A DNA stretch of 64,000 nucleotides from Cyanophora paradoxa CCMP329 (Eukaryota > Plantae > Glaucophyta): contig QPMI01000546.1 in NCBI GenBank assembly GCA_004431415.1, positions 62,001 through 126,000 of the forward strand, given 5' to 3'. Shown here piece by piece: positions 1-11,489 of this stretch. Each line of letters starts with the position of its first letter. Position 1 is the stretch's first letter. The notes beneath the pieces are model-generated. The model had not been told where the DNA came from, ran no database searches, and saw nothing but the letters and a program-made list of their open reading frames with translations. Made by a program: the position numbers and the translations under genes.

Positions 1-16
1 GGGGGGGGTACGGCAC

Positions 17-1520
17 CGCGATGTTGCGCTTGGAGTACGCCAAGTTGACGAGCTCCTGGGCCGTGAGGGCCCCGTCCCGGTCCAGGTCGAACTGCGTACC
101 CGGGGATCGGGGGCGGAAGGGTTGGGGGGGGGGGGGGGGTAAGGAGGGGGACCTGGGTGAAGAGCTGCGGAGAGGGAGGGGTGAGTCGGCGAGCGGCGGG
201 CGCGGGCGGGCGGCGCCGGCGAGGGAAGCAGTCGCGGACCTGGGGTGGGAGAGCGGGCGGGGGGTACCGGGCGGACAAGCCGGTGAGGGTCAGGACTTCA
301 ACAGCGGACGAGGGGACCCGCGCAGACCTCCTCGAACTGCGGGTCCGTCCAGTGAACAAAGGACGGGGGGTAGATGCGCGGAACGAGGGGGGTACAGAAG
401 TGCAGACCTTCTCGGGGATGAACCGCCCCTGGTGGTCGTAGACTGCGAAGGGTTAGCGAACCAAGATGAGATCAAAGCTCCATTCGAATCCAAGCTCAGG
501 AGCGCGCCGCCGGAGTCGCTGCCGTGCTTGGCGCGGTGGATGTTGCGCAGGTCGATGGTGAGCGTCGGCCACCAGCTCCGGCTCGTCCACCTGGCGCCGA
601 ATTCGATCCAAATTTGAATTTGAATTCGAATTCGATCCGCGCCGCGCGCGCGAAGCCGCGGCGGGGGCGCGGGCAGGAGGAAGCACCAGCCCATCGTGAC
701 GTTGACCATGCTGATCGCCCAGAGGGACCAGAACCAGCTGCGGGGCCGCGGATCAATTTGCATACGGGATCAGCAAACTGCCGATGCGCATGCGCACCCG
801 AAGCCGAGGGCGCGGAAGCCTGCAGCGATACGAGCGCGCAAGCGAGTGTACATGTGAGGGGCCGCCGCGCCGCGCGGGCACGACGCGAGCTTGAGGCGCG
901 CGTGCGATGGCGTGCACGTGCACGAGCGTCCGCACCGCGGAAAGTATCCAGGGCGGACACTGCGGGGGTTACATGAATATTAGCAAAGATAGCGAAGCAA
1001 GCTCTTAAACGAGCCGAGGCGCACCCTTGTTGTCGTGGTCGCGGTCGAAGCTGCACGAAAGCAAAACTTCAGTGTTTCCGAAAGCGAGCGATCGGAGCTC
1101 TTAAGTCCGTAGGCGCGCAAATCGCAGTGGAGCTGCAGCACGGAGCGATCCTCGCGCGTGCCTGTGCAGGGCAGGCGCCGCGTGATCATGAGCACGCGAG
1201 GATTTGAGCGCGATTCTCCGAGCCTCGCGATCGCAGGCGAAGCAGAGGCGGCGCACCAGGAGTGCCCTGCGGATGCTGCGCATCGACGGCCTTCGTGGCG
1301 CGCGGGAGCTCCGGGTGGCTCAAGGCCTGCAGCGCGCGCGGGAGACAAGGACCCAGGCCGTCAAACAGAGCGGCAGGGGAAAGCGCGCCCAGGCTGCAGC
1401 GTGCGCGTAAAGCGCGCGAGCCTTCACGGAGGTGGGATCGACGGGCTGCAGGATCGTCGCTGGAGCGCCCTGCGTACGTCCTCGCGGGTGAGCCCCACGG
1501 CCGAGCGCCGAGTGGCATGG
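17..1520 (-). CDS. Caleosin/peroxygenase family protein, multi-exon; 3' end runs off the window and the start is approximate
   Basis: Manually spliced exons read SVLQLHCDFFDRDHDNKVSALDTFRGFRALGFGWFWSLWAISMVNVTMGWWTSRSWWPTLTIDLRNIHRAKHGSDSGVYDHQGRFIPEKFEELFTQFDLDRDGALTAQEL. This matches the caleosin motifs LQQHxxFFDxD, GFRALG, NIHxAKHGSDSGxYD and an EF-hand. Confidence 0.9.
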
Positions 1521-2016
1521 AGGGAGCGATGGTCGACGCGAGCGCACCGTGTTAAATTTGCATTAGCACAACCGTACAACACTGAAGTCGTAACGTCGAC
1601 CATACCCTCACTGAAAACTATATCCAGGAAGAGAATATGAGGACTCTCGTGTGCTGTGCCTAAACATCTACCTATATATATAACTAGCTATCCATCTAAC
1701 TCTACCCCTGGGCTAGACCTATGCTAATAGGTGGGGATGGAGCGAGGGTGGTAAAGCTGGTGGGGTGGTACTGCCTGAGTGGAGAGGTGAGGAGCTTGGT
1801 GCCTCCGGCCCCGCTAGGGCCGGGGGTTCAGAGAGGATTAGGCCTCCACTTTGGCTGGGCACTCCCGCTCCGTTGCTCCCCGACTCCAGCTGTCCGCCCC
1901 CTCCCAAGTCTACCCCCCTCTCCCCCCCGGCATGGGTCCGCCCTCCCCTGCCTGTACGCACAACTTGCCAGTGTCCTTCACACTAGCACGTACAATCCTC
2001 GAGGCCTCTCTAGTCT

Positions 2017-4581
2017 TTAACTGCGGCCTGGCTGCTGGGCTGCAAGCATGGCGCCAAAATACATCGCCTGCGCCTGGTTCATCTGCATCTGCTGTGCCAC
2101 CTGCTGCGGCGTCTGCTGCATCATAAATCCCGGGAACCCCCCGGGAGCTGGGGGAGAGGATGGGGATCGGGGGCTGAGGCGCCGCCACCTCCACCGGAGT
2201 GTGTCCTCCGCGCCCGCCGTGGGTCCGCCGCGTCCGCGCGTCCCGCGGCCCCGCGAGTTGCGGCCACGGGTATCGTTGCTGCTCAGCGCCGGCGCCGCTG
2301 ACGTCACTGCTGCCGAGTCTATGCCCAGCTGCAGCGGCGGCCAGGATGCTGCGGGGACGCCGGCCACGACGGCAAAGAGGTCGGTCGGCGTTGCGCTGCT
2401 GCCGCCCCAGGCTGGCGCTGGCGGGGCCGTGGGAGGTACAAATGGCTGCAGTACCCGAGGGCGCTTGGCCTCCTTGGGGAAGAAAGTCTCGCGGGGGTCC
2501 GCCTCTTCCTGGTCGCGCTTGCTCCCGCGCCCGCGCCCAGCGTTCGCTGCTGCGCCGCCGCGTCCACGGCCGCGGCTGCTGGCTGCTGAGCCCGGCTGCT
2601 GGCCAGCCAACGACGCTGCTGACGCATCAGCGTCCGCCTCGCCGCTCGTCCGCGGCTTCCAGTCCGTGCCCGGGCACTTCGAGCTCTTGTGTTCGAAGTA
2701 GGCTTGGAGGCGGTGACGGCGGCAGCCAGCGGGGCTGAAGTTCTGGAGCGCCTTCGGGGTGAGGCTCGCCGGCGGCCGGACACGCCAGAGCGAGGCCGTG
2801 TGGTCCGCCACCTGCATTGAGAGGTGAAGCGTCTCGCCGCACGAGTAGCGCACGCCAGGCGCGGCGGGCTTCATCGCCGCCTCCCAGGCAGCCACCTTCT
2901 CCTTCTTGATAAGGAGGTGCAGCACGTCGCCGTCGGGTGGTGACTGGCCGTGACTGTAGCTGCATTGGTGGTAGACCAGCGTCACTTCTGCCGGGTTGCG
3001 CGCCACTTCCTTGAGGATGGTGGGCAGCTGCCAAGCCTTCAGCCTTCTGCGTCCGCGGGGACGGGAGGGGAAAAAGGACTCTCGGCTCACCGGGAGTTGC
3101 GCTGTCGCCGCGGGCAGAGCCAGAACAAAGGTGCCGCAGGTGTGGAGCTCGGGGGCCTCGGTTGCGAGGTTCACCGTGATGGGACACGACTCGAACCGCA
3201 GCAGGTTCGCCTTGCTGAGTTCGATCAGTCTGCGAGCGCGGGTTGCTGTCAGCCTCAGGTCAGCCCCGGTCGCCGTGCGCGGCAACGTACTTGTTGGCCA
3301 GGTGAACGTTGCCGGTGGTGAGGGCGATGCGCGGAGGCTCGCGCATGATCATGTTCTGTTGTACCGCCGCTGGCGTGCCGGCCCATCCGAGGACTCGAAA
3401 GCCGAGGCATTCTGCCTCCAGCTGCGTACCAGCGGTTGGTTAGCGTTCGCCGCGTGGCCGGTTAGATCATCGCACCGTGCCGTCTTGCAGCGGCGTGAGT
3501 TTCTCCCGCGTCGCGGTCTTAAGCGACTTCGTCGCGTCGTGCTCCACCTGGCGCGCCAGTGTGCGGAAGAGATGAAGCACATCGCGGCGCGTGTTCGCGG
3601 AGAAGTTGCCGTCCGGCTGGAGGCCGCCCTTGGTAGAGAACACCGGGGCGCCGTCGATGAGGATCATTGGCGCGTGCTCCTTGTCATCGAGCAGCATCCA
3701 TGGTTTCGGGGCTCTCTGCGCATGCACAGTTATGGGGAAGTCGTTCCGGCTCGCTCGGCGGCTTACCACTACTGGCGAATCGATCTCGTAGATCGTCACT
3801 TCGTCTCGGCGATTCGTCTTGTTCGGCAATTTCACCGCGAGGCATGTAGCGACGCGCAGTTTCGCAGCCGTGTCTTTGGTCCACTGCGAGGGGTGAGTGA
3901 GGAGACTTGGGGACGGGCGTATCGTCAGATCGGGCGTACCTTGCGAGCTTTCGCATATGTGACATCTGTCATCACGTCCGGCGTTGCCAGTACTGCGACG
4001 CACCCCTTTGAGGGAAGTTGGTGCGCACTCCGCCGTGGGCGATGTTCCGTTCTGAGATCACCTGTCGCACATTCTCAGCGTGGGCGGGAGCTCGCTCGGC
4101 CGAGTCATGACGGACCGTTTGAACCATATGTTTGCGTTCATTCAGTGGGACTAGCCCGTCGCCGTTGAGGCAGAGTTGGGTCCCCGCGTACTTGGTCGGG
4201 ACAAGGTCGAGCGGTTCGAAGACGACCGCAACCATGAACTTCGGGACGCGGAAGGTCTTGTTTATCGGTTGCGACTTGTCCCGTCGCTCTCCGGCCGTCG
4301 GCGCTCGCACAACTGGGCCGCTCGGCCCTGCCGCGTCATCGTCGTCGGCGTTGCCGGCATAGTCTTCATCTTCGCCGGCGTTCACCGCAGCGCCCTGCTC
4401 TCCGGCTTCTGCACCAGCGCCTTGCTCGCCGAGATCTGCGCCGTTGCCAGCATCGTCGATCTCGCCGAGGCCGTCCATGAGCTCATCGCCATCGGCGTCT
4501 CCGCCTTCCTGGCCAGCGCCTTCCTCAGCAGCGCCAGGCTGGGCTGGCGTTGCGAACGGATTGAACTCCTGTTCCGCCATC
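2017..4581 (-). CDS. Hypothetical intron-containing gene: acidic N-terminus, Cys/His patch, RG-rich and Q/M-rich C-terminus
   Basis: ORFs 3972-4688, 3467-4003 and 2017-3285 are collinear on the minus strand and can be joined by short GT..AG introns. No recognisable domain. Confidence 0.45.
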
Positions 4582-5104
4582 GTGTGGCGCACTTCTCTGC
4601 GCATCGTCGTGTCGGTTAGACAACTGGTGCGAAATCGTGCCGGGCCTGGAGCTTGGCCGGTTAACTGACCGTCCAGAAGACGTGGCATCTCATTTCAGGA
4701 CAGGGGGTCCTTTGATTGCGGCAAAGGCCTTTGCGGCGACAAGCAGTGGCCTTTCGGCGGATTTGAGCCATCGGGCGGGCGCGAGGCACGCTAGAGGTCT
4801 CACCAGCGCAGACACTGGCTCCCACAGTGTGTAGGCGTCGTGTCGGCGCGGGTTCCGGCGCCTCGTGCTCCTTTTTTTGGGGTACCGGAATCCCGACGCG
4901 AGCGCACCGAAACGCCGGTAATAATGCCATCGTACGTGATCTTCGACTGCTGCGGCTTAAGGTCGCCCTTCACAATGGCCGCCGTGGGAGAATCGTAGGG
5001 AGACGGAATTTGCATCATTTTTGGAGGTTGGTGATGTCGCGGAGGCGCGCGCGGGCCGGGGCTTCGACTTCGCTTTCGCCGAGGGTACGGCAATCACCGA
5101 GGCG

Positions 5105-5396
5105 TCAACCCTAGCGAGTTTACTCTTAGCAATAGAGGGGTACACTCCCCGCAGTGCTGTGAGCTCTGCGTCGCTAGCATGGTCATATGCTAATCTAGTA
5201 TATGCATACACAACTCGAAATGGGTGCCAAGAAGGGGACTGCCTCGGGCCTGTGAAAATCCTGAGCGTGAAACTGGGCTAGAGTCCGTAGCAGGCAGAGG
5301 GGTACGTGAACTAGGGCTAGTTCGCAACACCTGTCCTGGGTACGGCAGTCTGGCCTAGGGTACGCGAAGCAGGGGAGAGGCAGGACCAAGGCGCCG
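5105..5396 (-). repeat. Split direct repeat B2 (292 bp)
   Basis: Matches 5545-5836 (tcaaccctagcgag...accaaggcgccg). Confidence 0.95.
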
Positions 5397-5421
5397 TATA
5401 CATAGGGTAGGGTCGGGTGGG

Positions 5422-5544
5422 AGAGCTCGAGGCGCGACGGCGCACTCGGGTACAACAACTGAAGAGGGGCGGGCAGTCGTGCCTCGGGTACAGCTGCTCT
5501 ACGTCTACTCGCGGGTTGACCTAAGTAAACTACTTTACTATCAA
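5422..5544 (-). repeat. Split direct repeat A2
   Basis: Matches 11231-11395 (agagctcgaggcgcg...ctactttactatcaa), except that A1 carries an internal duplication. Confidence 0.95.
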
Positions 5545-5836
5545 TCAACCCTAGCGAGTTTACTCTTAGCAATAGAGGGGTACACTCCCCGCAGTGCTGT
5601 GAGCTCTGCGTCGCTAGCATGGTCATATGCTAATCTAGTATATGCATACACAACTCGAAATGGGTGCCAAGAAGGGGACTGCCTCGGGCCTGTGAAAATC
5701 CTGAGCGTGAAACTGGGCTAGAGTCCGTAGCAGGCAGAGGGGTACGTGAACTAGGGCTAGTTCGCAACACCTGTCCTGGGTACGGCAGTCTGGCCTAGGG
5801 TACGCGAAGCAGGGGAGAGGCAGGACCAAGGCGCCG
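5545..5836 (-). repeat. Split direct repeat B1 (292 bp)
   Basis: Copy of 5105-5396; abuts A2 and forms the circle-junction sequence. Confidence 0.95.
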
Positions 5837-5907
5837 AGGCGGGCGGCGGCTGCGAAGTGGGCGCCGCGCGCTGGCACCCATGGAGAGAGGTGTGTGATGA
5901 ATGAAGG

Positions 5908-6892
5908 TCAGCTGGAGGGCACTGCGGCTGGGGGCGCGTGGCTGCTGGCGAGGAGGAGGCCCCGCTGGCGGCGGACGAGCTCGGGGCGCGCACGGATGTA
6001 CAGCTGGAAAGCGTCGGACCGCCAGCGGCCGAGGAGCTGGATAGCGTAGTCAGGGAGGCCGGCCTCGAACGCCGCGGTGGCGGCGCCGATGCGGAAGCTG
6101 TGCGGCAGCAGGGGTCGGCTGCGTAGCCGAGGGCGTGGAGCCAGTTGCGGAGGGCGGCATGCAGCTCCGAACGGGTCAGCGGCTGGCCGGTGGCGGCATG
6201 TGCGAAGATGTAGGCGTCAGGGCGGGCGGGGCCCGTCCAGGAGAGGGCGAGGGCCTCGAGGGCGCAGTGAGCGCACTCCAGGCCGCCGACATGGGAATGT
6301 CGACGTCACAGCCCTGGCCTCGCTGATCGGTCTTCGACTTCTTCAGGCGGAGGCGGGCGAAGCTCTCGCCCTCGTCCGTGAAGAAGCGGAGGTCGCGGCG
6401 CTGGAAGAGCCGGGCCGGGTCGGGCACAGGGAGGCGGACAGCACAGACCTCGCTGCAGCGGAAGAAGCCGAAGAAGGCGGTGGAAAAGGCGGCCCAGAGG
6501 AGCCGCGTCTCAGGTGACGGGTGGGCGGCTGCATACTGGGCGAGGTCACTGAGCTGTCCGCGCGTGATCGGGTCGCGGCGGAGTTTGGGGCGAGGGTCGG
6601 CCACGCGGGCGATGCCCTCGAGGAGCCGGGCGAGGCGCGGCATGGAGCCCCAGAAAGTGCTGAAGCCGGAGTCGACGTGCAGCGACTGCACGGCCGTGAT
6701 GTACGTGCGGATGGATGGCGGGGCGACGCCGCCACGGCGGAAGAGGTGCGCCGCGAAGAAGCAGAGTGTAGCCTCCGACGCCGGCAGGACCGAGCCCTGC
6801 CTGTCGTGCAGACCCCGCTGGAGGCAGAACTCGATGAACTCGCGCTGCGGGTACGAGTAGCTCCTGCGGGTGCTGGCCGCTAAGCCGGACAT
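5908..6892 (-). CDS. Tyrosine recombinase of the Ngaro element (one frameshift near 6250)
   Basis: LAASTRRSY N-terminus, FFGFFRCSE (catalytic R), KKSKTDQ; in the shifted frame HSFRIGAAT and LGRWRSDAFQLY (HxxR, W, Y). Confidence 0.92.
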
Positions 6893-8553
6893 GTAGAGGT
6901 GCGTGGCGAGGGCGGCAAGGGGTCGATCGACGGCCAGCAGGCGGGAGTCGGCAAAGAATCCGCTGACCGGTGCAGTCGGCGGAACTGCTCGATCTGGAGG
7001 CGGGAGAGGGGGTCGGCCAGGACGTTAGACAGGCCAGCGATGTGCGTGGCGCGAAACTCGAAAGAGTGGAGGACGGAAAGGGCATAGAGGGTGCGGAGGA
7101 GGGTGGCGAAGCCGGGGCGGGGGGAGTAGCCGTTGGCAATGGCAAGGGCAACCGGCTCGCAGTCGGTGTGGAAGTTAATCCGCCGGCGGTGCCACTGGGG
7201 GCCCCACGTGGCGGCGGCGATGACGATCGCCATGAGCTCGCGCCAGGGCATGCTGGCAGGGATGTCGGGGTGGTCGGCCCAGGCGCCGAAGAGCCAGGCG
7301 TCGCCAAAGACGGCGCCAAAGCCCACGCCGCTGGCATCAGTCTCCAGGCGTAGCTCCCGCGAGTCGGCCCAGCGGGCTGAGGCGGGGAGGAGGCGGACGC
7401 CGTGCCGCTCGGCAAGCAGGAAGCGCCACCAACGGAGGTCTGCGTGGAAGCCGGGGTGGAGCGTGGCACGGTGGTGGTCCTCGCGCAGGGCAGAGATGAG
7501 ACTCAGCACGCGCTGGAGGAAGAAGCGGCCGGGGGGAATGACGGCGGTGGCGGAGGTGAGGAGACCGGCGAGGGACTGTAGGTCATGCCGGGTGGCGTGC
7601 CGCTTTCCCTCCCAGCTGCCGAGGAGCGAGACGAGGTCCTCGTAGCGGCCGGCCGAGAGGCGCGCCTCCATCGCGTCGGTGTCGAGCTCGATGCCGAGGA
7701 AGACGAGGCGGAAGGAGGGCCCCTCCAGCTTCTCCGCAGCCAGCGGGATGCCCAGGTGGGAGCAGATGGCCTGGAGGGCCTCCATCGACCGTGCACACTC
7801 GGCAGTGCCGGGGCGCCCGAGCACGAGGATGTCGTCGACGTAGCGCAGGAAGAGGACGCCCCCGACGGAGGGCGTGGTCGAGGGCCTGACCGAGGTCCTC
7901 GAATGTGCGTGGGAGGAGCGGCCACCGAATGGGAGAGCCATGTCGTAGTAGAAGTCGTACGCGCCGGGGCGGGCGGGATCCTCGGAGGGAGGGCGGCACC
8001 CAGCAGCCAGTAGTCCTCCGGGCGGACCGGCAGGAGGCGGAAGGCGTCCCGCACGTCGGCCTTGCCCAGCTGCGTGAGCCGGCCCAGGGAGATGATGAGC
8101 TCGATCGCGTCTGCCACCGAAGGGGAGGTGTAGTGAAGGGGAGCATTGTCGATGCCGCGGTTGACGCTGAAGCCGCGAAACCGGGGATAAGATAGGTCTG
8201 TGATGCGCCGCCACTTGGGTGGGTTGGAGCGCTTCTTCGGCACGGCGCCGAGTGGCGAGGCGACAAAGGGGGCGAAGGGCGGATGCGGGAAAGGGCCGGC
8301 CATGCGTCCCGCCGCCCGCTCCTTGGCGACGTCCGCCCGCACGGCGTCGAGATGTTCCAGCGCCGTGGGATGGGGCCTGTGGACCGCCGAGTAAGGCGGC
8401 CCGCGGTAGAGCAGAGGGAAGCCGCGGGTGAAGCCCTGGGCCAGGCGGGTAGCGAGCGTGGGGTCTGGATGGTCGGCCAGCGCGGCCAGAAGGTTGGGAG
8501 GTGCACCGGCGTGGGCGCCAGTCCCGACGGGAGCGGGGCGCCGCCGACAGCAC
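6880..8553 (-). CDS. Reverse transcriptase-RNase H of the Ngaro element (frameshifted near 7990)
   Basis: SPLGAVPKK, WRRITDLS, KADVRDAFRLLPV, LPFGGRSS, YVDD, FLGIELD; RNase H motifs TDAS, RELMA, TDC, NVLADPLSR. Confidence 0.95.
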   Translation of the reverse strand: MLSAAPRSRRDWRPRRCTSQPSGRAGRPSRPHARYPPGPGLHPRLPSALPRAALLGGPQAPSHGAGTSRRRAGGRRQGAGGGTHGRPFPASALRPLCRLATRRRAEEALQPTQVAAHHRPILSPVSRLQRQPRHRQCSPSLHLPFGGRRDRAHHLPGPAHAAGQGRRAGRLPPPAGPPGGLLAAGCRPPSEDPARPGAYDFYYDMALPFGGRSSHAHSRTSVRPSTTPSVGGVLFLRYVDDILVLGRPGTAECARSMEALQAICSHLGIPLAAEKLEGPSFRLVFLGIELDTDAMEARLSAGRYEDLVSLLGSWEGKRHATRHDLQSLAGLLTSATAVIPPGRFFLQRVLSLISALREDHHRATLHPGFHADLRWWRFLLAERHGVRLLPASARWADSRELRLETDASGVGFGAVFGDAWLFGAWADHPDIPASMPWRELMAIVIAAATWGPQWHRRRINFHTDCEPVALAIANGYSPRPGFATLLRTLYALSVLHSFEFRATHIAGLSNVLADPLSRLQIEQFRRLHRSADSLPTPACWPSIDPLPPSPRTSTCPA

Positions 8554-8669
8554 TCGTGGGTAGGTCGGGACAGTCGTGTCGAAAGGGGGGCCAGCGGTTG
8601 CTTGCGGATGCGCGTGTGCGCGCGGGCGCGCGTGCCCGCGGGCGCGGCGGCGTCAGCGACTGCGGAAGT

Positions 8670-8892
8670 GGGCCGCTCCGGAGTCGAAGAGGCGAAAGAG
8701 GACCGGCGGGAATCGAGCGCGGGTCGGGAGCGTGGGCGGCGGCGCCGGCGGTCGCTGTGGAAACGGGCCGCTCCGGAGCCGAAGCAGCGAAAGAGGACCC
8801 GGCGGGAATCGAGCGCGGGTCGTGGGGGGGGTCGACGGCGGTCGCCGTGGAAACGCGCCTCTCCGGAATCGAAGCGGCGGAAGTGGACCCGG
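8670..8892. repeat. About 2.5 degenerate tandem copies of a ~90-bp unit upstream of the RT core
   Basis: Repeated ccgctccggagycgaag...gaggacc(c)ggcgggaatcgagcgcgggtcg...cggcggtcgcygtggaaac. Confidence 0.75.
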
Positions 8893-9217
8893 TCGGACTC
8901 GAACTGCGGGTCTCGGAGACAACAGACACGACGAAATGTCCGCTAGGCCGCTGGACGCAACGGCCCGGGACAGCGGACGCCGGTCCAAAACCGGGTGCCC
9001 GGACGGGCGAAGCCCGGGGGGAAGATGCCGAGGGGGGGGCGATCGGACTTAGCCGCGGGAGGGCCGCGACCGAGACCGAAGGGGGCGGAGGCGGGGACGG
9101 CGGCGATGGGCGCACCGCTGCCGCCAGAGGGGCGCCACCGCCTCCGGAGGGCTCCTATGATGCTCCGCGTCGGGCGCGCCGCAGGGAGCGGGAACTGCGG
9201 CCGCCTGCGGGGGGTGC

Positions 9218-11205
9218 TCAGGAAGGGCCGACGGCGCCGGCGCCGGTGGCGGTACGGCGCGCGCCGTCGGGGTGGTCCCGGCTGTGGCACTGGGCGCAGA
9301 TGTGGCGCCCGAAGAAGCAGACGCCGTCGCTGACGGCGTTCTTGCAGATGCCCTGGTTGAAGCACCAACAGATGGCTGGGCTGACGCTGAAGTAGCGCGG
9401 GTCCTCGGTGTGCCAGACGGCGCCACGGTCGAGGGCATCCTGCACGGCCCGGGACCGCGAGCGGCCGGAGCCGGAGGCGGCCCGAGTGTCGCCGCTGGGC
9501 GCGGTGCCGGGCGGGGACGCGAGCGCGGCGACCGCCGAGGCCGCGGCGGGGCGCGCCGCGGCGCTGGCGCGCGACGCCCGGCCGCCGCCGGCCGGACGGG
9601 CGGCTGCATCGACGGCGGCGGCCGAGGCCACGATGCTGCCGGCGTGAAAGGGGAGGGGGCCCCGAGCCCGAGCCCCCCTCGGGCAGGCTGCGCGCGAGGA
9701 GAGCCATGCTGTGGTGGCCAAGGCGCGGTACCGGCCGTCGGCGTCCTTGGCGCAGGCGAGGCGTCAGCAAGGTGATGCTGCACCCACGGGAAGACCCGCT
9801 CCCACGGAAGCGTGCGGGCAAGGACGATGATCTCGTACTGCAGCCGGGACAGGGCCTCGAGGCGGCGGCAGCGCTCCTCCGCCGGCAGCATGGTGTCCGT
9901 GGAGATCTGGAAGGCGAGGAGCTGAAGGCACAGGAGGAGGTCGGGGAAGGCGAGCTGCTCGCGCTGTGTGCCGGTGCTGGACGAGGCGGAGTGCGCCTGG
10001 AGGACCAGCCGGCCCGAGACGGGGTCGAGGGACACCGCGATGGCGTCCGCGGCGGAGGACGCGAGGCCCGACTGGGTGGCGGAGGGGGAGAAGACGGGGT
10101 CTAGAAAGAGCCTACGGAGCTCGAAAGGCCCCCCCGCCCGAATCGCCGCTACGAGGCGCTCACCGGCCGGGCCTGTGAAGATGCGCGCGGGAAGGGTGCT
10201 GACGCGAGCGCTCCCGTTGGTCGAGGGGGGCGCAGCGCCGGCACCCCGAACGCGAAGCCGGCCCTGCGAGCGCCGCCGGCAGGGCGCGCGCCAGCGCCTG
10301 CGACACCGCCTGAGAGATATCGACATCGGTCTGCGATGTGGGCGGCGGGTCGGCGGCGGCGCCGTGCACGAAGGGGCGGGACGGTGCGCTCCGCGGGACG
10401 AATACAGCACCAGGGACGGCGGCGGTCGCCGTGGGGACGTGGTGGGACAGGGCCGCGCCGGCGGGGTGCCGGGGGCCGGCAGCGGGGCAGGGGCCTCGAG
10501 CGGCAGGTGCGTGACCTGGGCTGGGGCGGGCCGCTGCGCGTGCTCGAGCAGGCTCTGGTGCTGCGCCAGCACCATGCGCTGCTGGTCGACGGCGCTCACG
10601 AGGGCGCTGAGGTCGCGCGTCAGGGGAGCAACCGCTGCCGCGACCGCTGAGGCGGTCGCCTGCTGCACGCTCGCCGCGAGCTGCTGGGTCAGCATCGGGC
10701 CGAGCTGTGACAGATCCACCACGGGGGCCGGCGATCCGGGGCCGGGCAGGACTGCGAGGGGTCCCGCCGGCGGCGCGCGCGAAGCTCGGGCCTCCGGCAT
10801 GCGAGGTGCGAGCACGGGGGCGGGCTGAGGCGGCGCGGATCCGGATGCCGGGGTCGACGGCGCGGCCGCGGAACCCCCGCCCGGGTGCGGGGGGGCGGCA
10901 GCCGCGTGCGAAGTCTGCTGCAGCAGCCTCGCTGTCGACGCAGGAGGAGCGGCGGGGCCGCCGGGATGCTGCTGCTCGGCCTGCGCGGAGTGCGAGGCGA
11001 GCCCCGGCGCAGGGGCGATCCCGACGGGCGGCTGCAGATCTGAGGTCGTCTGCAGCTGCGAGCCCGCATCTCCTACCGCTGTAGCTACCGGTGTAGCTGC
11101 TGGCGCCTCCGGTTGGCGCGGGTCGGGAGGTGCACTCTGGAACCGCGATGGTCCCGCCTCCGAGGCTGCGCGAGTGGCCGTGCGGCCACGGGTCTCGACA
11201 ACCAT
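9218..11205 (-). CDS. Gag-like ORF1 of the Ngaro element with a C-terminal zinc finger (frameshifted)
   Basis: Long Pro/Ala-rich ORF followed by ICWCFNQGICKNAVSDGVCFFGRHICAQCHSRDH, the Cys/His finger typical of YR-retroelement Gag. Confidence 0.8.
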
Positions 11206-11230
11206 GTTGCGTACGGCCGGAACGCTCTGC

Positions 11231-11395
11231 AGAGCTCGAGGCGCGACGGCGCACTCGGGGTACAACAACTGAGCGCTCGAGGCGCGACGGCGCACTCGGG
11301 GTACAACAACTGAAGAGGGGCGGGCAGTCGTGCCTCGGGTACAGCTGCTCTACGTCTACTCGCGGGTTGACCTAAGTAAACTACTTTACTATCAA
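11231..11395 (-). repeat. Split direct repeat A1 with an internal ~41-bp tandem duplication
   Basis: gctcgaggcgcgacggcgcactcggggtacaacaactga occurs twice (11234-11272, 11275-11313) but only once in A2. Confidence 0.92.
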
Positions 11396-11489
11396 TACAG
11401 CAGTTCTCCAGCACATTGCCAGGTCGTTGAAGCAGCGCCGAATCGCTGTGAAACGAGCGATTAGGTTGCGAAGTACAAAAGCTCGGTTC

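Larger units (their letters stand above)
5105..11395 (-). mobile_element. Ngaro-like (DIRS order) tyrosine-recombinase retrotransposon, full length
   Basis: Gag zinc finger, RT-RNase H and YR coding regions; split direct repeats in the order A1-ORFs-B1-A2-B2; no TSD; no methyltransferase domain seen. Confidence 0.92.

Noticed and set aside
1700-1735. Helitron 3' end (hairpin plus CTAG)
   Set aside because: The hairpin abuts CTAG without the usual spacer, and no Rep/helicase or matching 5' end was found.
5105-11395. Ngaro nested in or functionally linked to the provirus
   Set aside because: It lies ~18 kb outside the TIRs, with host genes in between.
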